A stretch of 52,702 nt of DNA. It comes from an uncultured Clostridia bacterium. Lineage in GTDB: Bacteria > Bacillota > Clostridia > TANB77 > CAG-465. The stretch lies in NCBI GenBank assembly GCA_947625855.1, contig CANQPW010000005.1, positions 1 through 52,702 of the forward strand, given 5' to 3'. Each line of letters opens with the position of its first letter. The first letter of the stretch is position 1. The position numbers and the translations under genes were made by a program. The notes beneath the pieces are model-generated. The model was not told the origin of the DNA. It did not search any database and worked only from the letters and a program-made list of their open reading frames with translations. Below are positions 1 to 7,091 of this stretch, piece after piece.

Positions 1-67
1 TGACTTGCTAGGTCTTTCTAGGTTTGAACTTGCATCAAACTAGATATTGTACACCGAACTGGCGCAC
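1..67 (-). mobile_element. Possible 5' end of a group II intron, truncated by the left contig edge
   Basis: The minus strand read from 67 downwards is GTGCGCCAGTTCGGTGTACAATATCTAG... This fits the GUGYG intron 5' consensus and resembles, from memory, the Ll.LtrB start GTGCGCCCAGATAGGGTGT. Only 67 nt are visible, with no domain V or RT ORF in the window. Confidence 0.3.
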
Positions 68-165
68 CTCCTATAATTTCTATTATTATACCATTTTCTA
101 ATATTTATTACAATATATTTATAATTTTGATATTTTCCTTTTTTTATAATATTATTTGTAAAATA

Positions 166-194
166 TTGATATAACTTACATAAAATGATATAAT
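166..194 (+). promoter_or_regulatory. Sigma-A type promoter of the HD-domain gene
   Basis: TTGATA (166-171), 17-nt spacer, TATAAT (189-194), with TG at the extended -10 position. Confidence 0.55.
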
Positions 195-213
195 AAAAGT
201 TGTGGAGGATTTT

Positions 214-780
214 ATGATTTTATCAAATAGAAAGTTTAATTATATATATTCTATTAATAATCAAGTAAAAGCCATCGGTTCAGATGTAAACTTACTTGAT
301 GAATATCTTGAATACAACAAGCTAGTATCAGATCTAATAGATAATAAAGTAGTATTAGAAATGATGAATTATATGCAACATGGTACAACAAGTTGTTATC
401 AACATTGTATAAACGTATCATATTATAGTTATAAACTTGCAAAAAAGCTAAATTTAGATGTACGTTCAGTTGCAAGAGCTGCATTACTTCATGACTTATT
501 CTTATACGATTGGCATAAGGTTATGTTTAAAATGCCACTTTTACAAAAACATGGATTTACACATCCGAAAAAAGCATTAGAAAATGCAACTAAATATTTT
601 ACTTTAAATGATAAAGAAAAAGATATAATTTTAAAACATATGTGGCCTTTAACTTTAAAAATTCCAAAATATAAAGAAAGTTATATCGTTATATTAATGG
701 ATAAGTATTGTTGCTTACTTGAAACTTTCTATCCTAAGCTTACAAGATTACCTTTTTTAAATAAAATTTTCTACACATAA
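214..780 (+). CDS. HD-domain phosphohydrolase family protein
   Basis: The ORF contains H...HD metal-binding signature residues (QHGTTSCYQHCINV, ALLHDLFLYDWH). The ATG at 214 follows GGAGGA (204-209). The GTG at 202 in the ORF track sits at the predicted transcription start site (TSS). Confidence 0.8.
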   Translation: MILSNRKFNYIYSINNQVKAIGSDVNLLDEYLEYNKLVSDLIDNKVVLEMMNYMQHGTTSCYQHCINVSYYSYKLAKKLNLDVRSVARAALLHDLFLYDWHKVMFKMPLLQKHGFTHPKKALENATKYFTLNDKEKDIILKHMWPLTLKIPKYKESYIVILMDKYCCLLETFYPKLTRLPFLNKIFYT

Positions 781-797
781 AAATTTTGTCAAAGTTG

Positions 798-826
798 TTG
801 ACAATGAAAATAAAAGATGTTATAAT
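798..826 (+). promoter_or_regulatory. Consensus sigma-A promoter of tRNA-Leu
   Basis: TTGACA (798-803), 17-nt spacer, TATAAT (821-826), about 28 nt upstream of the tRNA. Confidence 0.65.
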
Positions 827-853
827 ATGAATTGCTATAAAGATATAGCATAT

Positions 854-942
854 GCGAGTATGGCGGAATTGGCAGACGCACAGGACTTAAAATCCTGCGG
901 GCTTTAACACCCATACCAGTTCGACTCTGGTTACTCGCACCA
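854..942 (+). tRNA. tRNA-Leu (anticodon UAA), class II with long variable arm, encoded CCA
   Basis: Acceptor GCGAGTA/TACTCGC. Anticodon stem CAGGA/TCCTG with loop CTTAAAA (anticodon TAA). Variable arm CGGGCTTTAACACCCAT. T arm ACCAG-TTCGACT-CTGGT, then discriminator A and CCA. Confidence 0.93.
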
Positions 943-950
943 CAAATAAA

Positions 951-979
951 ATGAGTGAAATTTCTTCACTCATTTTTTT
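951..979. terminator. Rho-independent terminator, shared by tRNA-Leu and the convergent minus-strand operon
   Basis: ATGAGTGAA-ATTTC-TTCACTCAT hairpin followed by TTTTTTT. Confidence 0.7.
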
Positions 980-982
980 GTT

Positions 983-1396
983 TTAAAAATCTGTAAATTT
1001 TATATTATTTTCTCTGAAATATCTTTGATATTCTGCCTTTGTTGCATAACCATTTTCAAAAATAACTGTATAAGAGTTGTCTTCGTAAATCTCAACATGA
1101 AAAGTTTTTTCTGTCCTTGAAAACATATCCCATTTTGAAATTTCTTCAATCACAGCTTTTATCTTTGAAATATCATTTCTATTAAAAGATAACTCAACAT
1201 ACGTTCTTTCTGCATGGATAATAAAGTATACATCATCATACCTTACCATAACACCATTACAAAACTTTGGCTTTGCTATAAGCATAAAACACTGTGCACC
1301 ATTATTTAGCCTTGAAGATAAATAAGATACTACCTCATTATTAGAAAATGTCTGTAAATTAACCATTTTTCCATTCCGCTCAAAGCTGATAGACAT
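983..1396 (-). CDS. Hypothetical protein (137 aa), third gene of the AAA+ operon
   Basis: Long ORF in AT-rich DNA with RBS AAAGGAGGAAAAGACT before the ATG. No family recognised. Confidence 0.7.
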   Translation of the reverse strand: MSISFERNGKMVNLQTFSNNEVVSYLSSRLNNGAQCFMLIAKPKFCNGVMVRYDDVYFIIHAERTYVELSFNRNDISKIKAVIEEISKWDMFSRTEKTFHVEIYEDNSYTVIFENGYATKAEYQRYFRENNIKFTDF

Positions 1397-1428
1397 AGTC
1401 TTTTCCTCCTTTATTTTTACTGTTTAAA

Positions 1429-2322
1429 TCAATCATTTTTTACATTTACAAATCTTTCTAAATTGATATTTTTTAAACATCTTTTTAAATCAGAAATAAT
1501 ATCATCTGAGCCATGAATACCCATTTCTCTTGGAAAGGAAAAAATGATATCAGTATCCTTTAAGCCAAAAAAATCTATTATTTGCTTTCTACTTGCTACT
1601 TCACCATAAGTGTCCGACCAATCAAGCCGTAATGGTGCTACTTCTGTAACTCTAAAACATAGTCTTCTTAAAAATGATGGATGGCATAAAGGAAAATATA
1701 CCTTCTTTAAATTGATATTTTCATTTTCCTCTTTTACATTAAAATATAATAATAATGCTTCATCAAAACCTCTACCAGTTATAAACGCAAGTTTAAATAG
1801 AACTAAGTTTACAGCATATCCCATTTTTTCGAGTAAATCGATAATACTTATGATTATAGCTCCCCTATTATATATTTCACGAGAACTAGTTTCATAAGGA
1901 CAAGAAATATTAACATATATATTGATAATTGAATAATTAGGTACAAAAACTCTCCTTAGCATATTGTTAGGATTCATATGAACATAATCAGGTACTGAAG
2001 GTGCAAAACCAACAATATCTTTTTTTCGTCCAATCACATTTTCTATATCTAAAAATTCCTTATCAATCTCACTTTTTAAATATAAAAATCTATCAAACTT
2101 TTCATTCCAACCATATTCACATAATCTAACAGCTTCATCAAATGAACTAGTTTTACAAAATTCTTGTTTACTTTTTCTACTATCATTACTCGATAATTCA
2201 TCTTTATTAAAAAATATACAATTAATTTCTGCATTTAATATATAATTTATAAACCTGTCTATATTTTCAAAATAATATTCAACTACATGAGTATCTTTTT
2301 TGTTGTACTTCTTTATATTCAT
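1429..2322 (-). CDS. Hypothetical protein (297 aa), putative partner of the AAA+ ATPase; possibly a degenerate vWA-like fold
   Basis: RBS AAGAGGAAAGCTT before the ATG, 11 nt after the upstream stop. A beta-alpha-beta stretch (INIYVNISCPYETSS...IISIIDLLEKMGYAVNLVLF) sits where a MIDAS (metal-ion-dependent adhesion site) strand would be, but lacks DxSxS. Confidence 0.7.
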   Translation of the reverse strand: MNIKKYNKKDTHVVEYYFENIDRFINYILNAEINCIFFNKDELSSNDSRKSKQEFCKTSSFDEAVRLCEYGWNEKFDRFLYLKSEIDKEFLDIENVIGRKKDIVGFAPSVPDYVHMNPNNMLRRVFVPNYSIINIYVNISCPYETSSREIYNRGAIIISIIDLLEKMGYAVNLVLFKLAFITGRGFDEALLLYFNVKEENENINLKKVYFPLCHPSFLRRLCFRVTEVAPLRLDWSDTYGEVASRKQIIDFFGLKDTDIIFSFPREMGIHGSDDIISDLKRCLKNINLERFVNVKND

Positions 2323-2333
2323 AAGCTTTCCTC

Positions 2334-3428
2334 TTATTTTGAACTCATGCTATCTTTTACATCAACTAAAGCTCTATAAAACTCATTATCTTCTTCTGAT
2401 ATATCAATGTCATTTAAAAGTATTTTTAAATCATCAACATTTAATCCTTTTACTATAACGTTTCTAACAATCTTTTCAAGATCTATACCTTTTTTTCTCA
2501 TTTCATAAGCATATTCTATACCTCTCATTGAAAAAATTGCTTTAATACGATTTTTTCTCTGAGATTCCCGTAACTCCCAAAATACTTCTAAAATTTCTTT
2601 ATCAGGATAAAGGACTGCTTCTAAATCTTTATCATAATCAATTTCTTTTATAACATATCTATCAAGTGTTGCACCATCAAGTTTGTTTCTTCCAACATAT
2701 TCAATACTTCTACCATTTCCCCAAGTATTTGCAGTAGCAACAATTCTAAAATCTTTATGAACTTTTTGCTCACCACAAGGGAAACTATATACACCATTTC
2801 TAATAGCATCATTAACAGAAATAAGTGCAGAAGCTAATGAATTATCAATCTCATCTAAAATAAATAATCCGCCTCTTGTAAAAGCTTCATAAAAATCAGT
2901 AGATTGATACCTTCCAGAAGCATCAATAAATCCGATAAGTTTATACTCATCCTGGGGGCTATTACATCTATATACATCAAGATTTAATGCTTCAGCTACT
3001 TGAGTGAGCATAACATTTTTTCCAGTTCCAGCAGGTCCTGTTAAAAGTACAGGAATATTAAGGCTTACACACTCAAGGACATCTTCAAAATCTTTATGGA
3101 AAACGCCCTCAATCTTTTTAACTTCATTATTTCCAGAAATTATCTCAACATGTCTAAAAGGTATAGTAGCTGTATCAATTTTATCTTCGACTTGCTTTAA
3201 TAATTTAGGCATTAACCTTTCAATACTAAGTTTTATTAAATCATCTAATTTACCATTTTCAAAATATTCTTCATTAATTGTTTTATTAATAAAATTTAAA
3301 GTTAATGGTGACATGGAATCACGTAGTTTTTCAATCGTATCTTCCGAACTAACATATTCCTCCACTATTTTTAATAAATCATCCCTTAACTGCTCAACGA
3401 TATAAGCTTCAAGATTATTGCTAGCCAT
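2334..3428 (-). CDS. AAA+ ATPase, AAA_5 (CobS/MoxR-like) class, Walker A with Asn instead of Ser/Thr
   Basis: Walker A LLTGPAGTGKN, Walker B GGLFILDEID, sensor-1 RIVATANT, then GRNKLDGATLDRY (CobS/MoxR-type). RBS AAAAGGAGGAAAATTTT before the ATG. Confidence 0.85.
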   Translation of the reverse strand: MASNNLEAYIVEQLRDDLLKIVEEYVSSEDTIEKLRDSMSPLTLNFINKTINEEYFENGKLDDLIKLSIERLMPKLLKQVEDKIDTATIPFRHVEIISGNNEVKKIEGVFHKDFEDVLECVSLNIPVLLTGPAGTGKNVMLTQVAEALNLDVYRCNSPQDEYKLIGFIDASGRYQSTDFYEAFTRGGLFILDEIDNSLASALISVNDAIRNGVYSFPCGEQKVHKDFRIVATANTWGNGRSIEYVGRNKLDGATLDRYVIKEIDYDKDLEAVLYPDKEILEVFWELRESQRKNRIKAIFSMRGIEYAYEMRKKGIDLEKIVRNVIVKGLNVDDLKILLNDIDISEEDNEFYRALVDVKDSMSSK

Positions 3429-3491
3429 AAAATTTTCCTCCTTTTTATTTACTATACAATTATGTATGGCATAAAAAATAAATGCATAGCA

Positions 3492-3520
3492 ATTTTATCA
3501 CAATAGTACTTTTTTTTCAA
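3492..3520 (-). promoter_or_regulatory. Promoter of the AAA+ operon
   Basis: On the minus strand: TTGAAA, 17-nt spacer, TAAAAT preceded by TG (TGATAAAAT). Confidence 0.5.
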
Positions 3521-3538
3521 TAGTTTTATGTAAAATAC

Positions 3539-3566
3539 TTGACTTTTTTTTCATTTGTGATATAAT
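3539..3566 (+). promoter_or_regulatory. Promoter of the divergent 491-aa ORF
   Basis: TTGACT (3539-3544), 16-nt spacer, TATAAT (3561-3566) preceded by TG. Confidence 0.55.
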
Positions 3567-3649
3567 GCTTATGCATTATGATTTGAGTAACTACATAATT
3601 TTAGTTACGATTATATTTTAATTATATTTTAAAAAAGGAGGCCGGAAAT

Positions 3650-5125
3650 GTGTACAGCAAATTTTCTCGTATTTTAAGATTAAAGCCAATAGGAATACGA
3701 TTTTGGCCATATGGTGATCAAACACTAAAAATATTTAGTGCTCCAAAATTTTGGTCACAACATAAATATTATACTACTACTGGTTATCATTATGAGGTAA
3801 CCCTTATATCAAACGATAGCATTTCAATTAGCTTAGAAAGTACTTGTAGAAAAGGTTGTATTCATTTTAAACCTGCAACTCTTACATTAGATGATTTTTT
3901 AACACAATTAAAAGAAGCTGTAAAAGAAAATTCAAACTATATAACTCTTGCTATTGCGGTCACTTGTTGTTTTTCCTCTTGTGATACGTGTCTTTTGGAA
4001 AACGATAATTGTAAAAAAATGCGTAATAGTGCTTATGAATATCTTTTATCAATTTATTTTAACTATGAAGATATTATAAAAGCTTTAGATTATTATGAAA
4101 ATTTTGAAGAATACGAAATGGCAAAAAATCCATATAACACTTCTTATTCACAGGGTTCTATGATTTCTTCATATACACCAAAAAAAATTCAAAGAAAAAA
4201 GGAGAAAAGAGCTATGAAAAATCAAACCAACTTTTTGGGAATTCAGTGCGGTATGATTGATGATCCCAATGTAGCAGCAACAATGTTAGGCATATGCTTC
4301 AAGAACGAGGCCGGCAACTGGATTAAATTTGATCCCAACACCAAGCAGCGGACAGATATGTCAAATGTCCAGGTAGGGAACCTTGGGCCTCTGTACCTTA
4401 TTCCTTCAAGTAAAGTGGAAGTTGGAACGCCCATTTACTACGAGAACGAGTACTACTATGTAACGGACGCATCAAATCCCAACAAGCTTACCGTTCTTTC
4501 CGTTAAAGACGGCGTCGAGAAAACAGTTTATCCTGCTAAGAACCTCTTAGGCCTTAACTTCTATGCTAAAGTTGTTGCCTTAATTGATGCTGAGCAGCTG
4601 ATGGGTGGCGACAATGATGATCTGCTGGTTGTTATGGCTCTTAGCGGTGGCCTTAACAATGGTGGCGATAACGCCTTCAACCTTAGCTCCGATGGAAACG
4701 GTCTTAGCAACCTTTTCCTTTTATCCGCACTCAGTAATAATAAGGAAAACGGTCTTGGCGGTATGTTATCCGGCATCTTAGGAGATGGAGATAGTTCTTC
4801 TAATAAACTGCTTCCTTTACTCTTACTTTCTGGTGGCATGAACGGTCAGGGTGGAAACGGCTTTGACATGAATACATTGCTTATGTTAAGTATGCTTAAC
4901 AAGAAGTCTAGCGGATCTGGTAGCAACGAGGCAAGTGACAACAACAATAACTTAGTATATGCCTTAGAAGACATGATGGCAGCCAAGAAAGAACCCGAAA
5001 AATCGGCAGATACCCTTTCTAAGGATGATGTGGCAGCAATTGTCAAGGATACACTCAGATCAGAACTTAAGTCCATTGTAAAAGAAGTTATGGCTGAGAC
5101 CTCTGCTGACAGCACCAAAGAGTAA
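3650..5125 (+). CDS. Hypothetical 491-aa protein, compositional chimera: AT-rich Cys-rich N-terminal part plus GC-rich part with L/S/G/N-rich repeats
   Basis: GTG start 7 nt after AAGGAGG. Uninterrupted frame. An internal in-frame ATG at 4214 is preceded by AAGGAGA. GC rises from about 25% to about 50% after about 4240. A GC-rich hairpin terminator follows the stop. Confidence 0.7.
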   Translation: MYSKFSRILRLKPIGIRFWPYGDQTLKIFSAPKFWSQHKYYTTTGYHYEVTLISNDSISISLESTCRKGCIHFKPATLTLDDFLTQLKEAVKENSNYITLAIAVTCCFSSCDTCLLENDNCKKMRNSAYEYLLSIYFNYEDIIKALDYYENFEEYEMAKNPYNTSYSQGSMISSYTPKKIQRKKEKRAMKNQTNFLGIQCGMIDDPNVAATMLGICFKNEAGNWIKFDPNTKQRTDMSNVQVGNLGPLYLIPSSKVEVGTPIYYENEYYYVTDASNPNKLTVLSVKDGVEKTVYPAKNLLGLNFYAKVVALIDAEQLMGGDNDDLLVVMALSGGLNNGGDNAFNLSSDGNGLSNLFLLSALSNNKENGLGGMLSGILGDGDSSSNKLLPLLLLSGGMNGQGGNGFDMNTLLMLSMLNKKSSGSGSNEASDNNNNLVYALEDMMAAKKEPEKSADTLSKDDVAAIVKDTLRSELKSIVKEVMAETSADSTKE

Positions 5126-5156
5126 TACTAACAATAAACAACAATAAACAAATTTT

Positions 5157-5192
5157 GGCTTGGTGCTTTAATTTAGCACCAAGCCTTTCTTT
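5157..5192 (+). terminator. Rho-independent terminator of the 491-aa ORF
   Basis: GGCTTGGTGCT-TTAATTT-AGCACCAAGCC perfect 11-bp stem followed by TTTCTTT. Confidence 0.75.
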
Positions 5193-5203
5193 GGAGGTAT
5201 AAT

Positions 5204-5410
5204 ATGTCAAGTATATCATTTAGGAAACGGATAAAAATAGATGATACTACGACCTTAAACATCAGTAAAAAGGGTTTTTCGATTAGTAAAAAAGTAGGAA
5301 ATACGACTGTAAATTCAAGAGGAACTGTTACTACAAATCTTGGAAACGGTATAATTTTAAGAGATTCATTAAAACCAAAAACAACTAAAAAAAATTCAAA
5401 AAATAAGTAG
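5204..5410 (+). CDS. DUF4236-like small protein (68 aa)
   Basis: GGAGGTATAAT precedes the ATG. The translation FRKRIKI...LNISKKGFSISKKVGNTTVNSRGTVTTNLGNG matches the recalled DUF4236 pattern (RKSxK...LNxSKxGxSxS...G). Confidence 0.7.
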   Translation: MSSISFRKRIKIDDTTTLNISKKGFSISKKVGNTTVNSRGTVTTNLGNGIILRDSLKPKTTKKNSKNK

Positions 5411-5425
5411 AGCAAAACTCTACTT
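5405..5425. terminator. Bidirectional hairpin terminator between convergent genes
   Basis: AAGTAGAG-CAAAA-CTCTACTT with T-rich flanks on both strands. Confidence 0.55.
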
Positions 5426-5431
5426 ATTTAT

Positions 5432-7000
5432 TTACTCATTAAACCCGAGTATTTTTCCTGATTTAAAATTATAATATCCATCTTCTAATTCTATTAAATC
5501 AAGTTCATCATCTCTACCAACATAATCTTTTATGTTATATTCAAATGAAACATTACCATTTTTTGCATTATATATTGTATATTTTTCATCATTTCTAACA
5601 ATTAAATAATTGTCATCATAGTATTCTTTATACGCATTTTCAATATTTGATATTAAGTTTCCTTTTAAATCATATAGTTTAATAATTTTATCATTTGAAT
5701 TTTCAACTATAATATAACTATCAGATATAACATTATCTCCTCTTTGTAAAGGAATTTTTTTATTTTCATTTATAAAAATATAATCATTTGTAGCACTCTC
5801 ATCTTGAATTGTAACTACCAAAGTTTCACCATAATATGTATAATTAGAAACTCCCTCTAATACCAATTTACCTTTCAAATTATATACATCATATTTTCCT
5901 TTTTCTAAACTTTCAGCAACTATATAATCTAATTTATTATTTCCAGGAGCTACAAAAAAATGATTTTCTATTTTATTTATTAAACCTCTCCTGTTATATA
6001 ATTCCAAATTATCAGCATCAGATATTACAAAATATATATTATTATTTGAATCTAGTAATAATTCAATTTCATTTTCAGAAGTAAATATTTTATTATAATT
6101 TGAATCATAAATAGTATACTTATCTTCTCTTTTTCCATCAACTAATGACATTTGAGTTAAAATCATATATTTACCATATTTATTATTTGCTGATACAGAA
6201 GTACAATTTGAAGTATCAATAGTATCTTTAACACTCATATCCTTGTTATATATTACAACTTCATTTTCTTTAATTTGAATATTATAATTAAAAGTTAGGT
6301 TTTCTACATTTTCAAATAATTCTTCTCCACTTGTTAAATCAAAATATCTATTTTTACCATTTTCATTAACATTAATCACAGTATCATAACTATTATCAAA
6401 TTTATCAAAATAATATATATCATTCTCATTTAGCTCATTACTAGCTGTAAATAATATTTTTCCATCTTCATTTATATAACTGTAATCTTCATTTTCTCCA
6501 ACAAATAATATATCAGATGTCTCATCATTGGATAATATTGAAATATATTCATATTCAACAGGTATAACTTCATTTCCACTATAATCTATAACACCATATT
6601 TGTTCTCCTTTTCAACGCTATAATACTTTCCATTTGCTAATTGTGTTATGCTGTTATATACCCCATAATCTATTATAACCTTCTCATTTTTATTAATTAA
6701 TGCATGTTCTAAATAATTTGGATTATCTGTAAGAGCCTTACTAACGCAAGTAGTATCATAATAAAAATCACTCATATCTGAATATCCAGTATATTTTAAA
6801 ACTTTATTATTTCTTGTTATATATGTAAAATCTCCATTTTCACTTTTCACTAATTTTGCATATCCAACTATAACTTCTTCTTCTTTTTCATCATCATTTT
6901 TACTAAATATATTAGTACATATAAATATTGCTACAATTAATACAACTACTATAATGCAAATTAATGCATATTTTATCAAATTATTCTTGTTGTTTTCCAT
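5432..7000 (-). CDS. Membrane-anchored protein with WG-type (KWG-like) beta-repeats
   Basis: N-terminal TM helix (LIKYALICIIVVVLIVAIFI). Repeats of the type NKYGVIDYSGNEVIPVEYEYI. Confidence 0.75.
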   Translation of the reverse strand: MENNKNNLIKYALICIIVVVLIVAIFICTNIFSKNDDEKEEEVIVGYAKLVKSENGDFTYITRNNKVLKYTGYSDMSDFYYDTTCVSKALTDNPNYLEHALINKNEKVIIDYGVYNSITQLANGKYYSVEKENKYGVIDYSGNEVIPVEYEYISILSNDETSDILFVGENEDYSYINEDGKILFTASNELNENDIYYFDKFDNSYDTVINVNENGKNRYFDLTSGEELFENVENLTFNYNIQIKENEVVIYNKDMSVKDTIDTSNCTSVSANNKYGKYMILTQMSLVDGKREDKYTIYDSNYNKIFTSENEIELLLDSNNNIYFVISDADNLELYNRRGLINKIENHFFVAPGNNKLDYIVAESLEKGKYDVYNLKGKLVLEGVSNYTYYGETLVVTIQDESATNDYIFINENKKIPLQRGDNVISDSYIIVENSNDKIIKLYDLKGNLISNIENAYKEYYDDNYLIVRNDEKYTIYNAKNGNVSFEYNIKDYVGRDDELDLIELEDGYYNFKSGKILGFNE

Positions 7001-7058
7001 AGCAAATCCCTCTTTCTCATAATAATATAGTATATTAAATTGCTATTTTTGTCAATAA

Positions 7059-7086
7059 TAGCAGATGAATTTAATTTCATCTGCTA
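7059..7086 (-). terminator. Hairpin downstream of the DUF4352-like gene
   Basis: TAGCAGATGAA-TTTAAT-TTCATCTGCTA, an 11-bp stem. The T tract on the minus strand is weak. Confidence 0.4.
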
Positions 7087-7091
7087 CAAAC

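Noticed and set aside
1-70. Left-edge segment considered as a tRNA, tmRNA, SRP RNA or riboswitch fragment.
   Set aside because: No cloverleaf or T-loop could be drawn, and there is no match to the remembered 5' ends of tmRNA, RNase P, 6S or SRP RNA. The GTGCG start fits a group II intron better, though weakly.
1610-3405. Plus-strand ORFs 1610..1897 and 3004..3405 inside the AAA+ operon.
   Set aside because: They are antisense shadows of the 297-aa and 364-aa genes. They have no RBS and Ser/Ile/Leu-rich low-complexity products.
4243-5118. Three minus-strand ORFs (4243..4434, 4561..4839, 4846..5118) in one frame inside the GC-rich segment.
   Set aside because: They lie antisense to the plus-strand ORF and share a single antisense frame. 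This is the expected shadow of a higher-GC, codon-biased gene in which stop codons are rare. They have no RBS and low-complexity P/S/L-rich translations.
5173-5415. 80-aa minus-strand ORF overlapping the DUF4236-like gene.
   Set aside because: The plus-strand ORF has a GGAGG RBS, sits between two terminators and shows a recognisable family pattern. The minus-strand ORF is a hydrophobic antisense shadow that would start inside a terminator hairpin.
943-5430. Classical integrative element or prophage inserted at tRNA-Leu.
   Set aside because: No integrase, recombinase, or phage structural or replication genes are present. No direct repeat of the tRNA 3' end was found by eye at the distal boundary.
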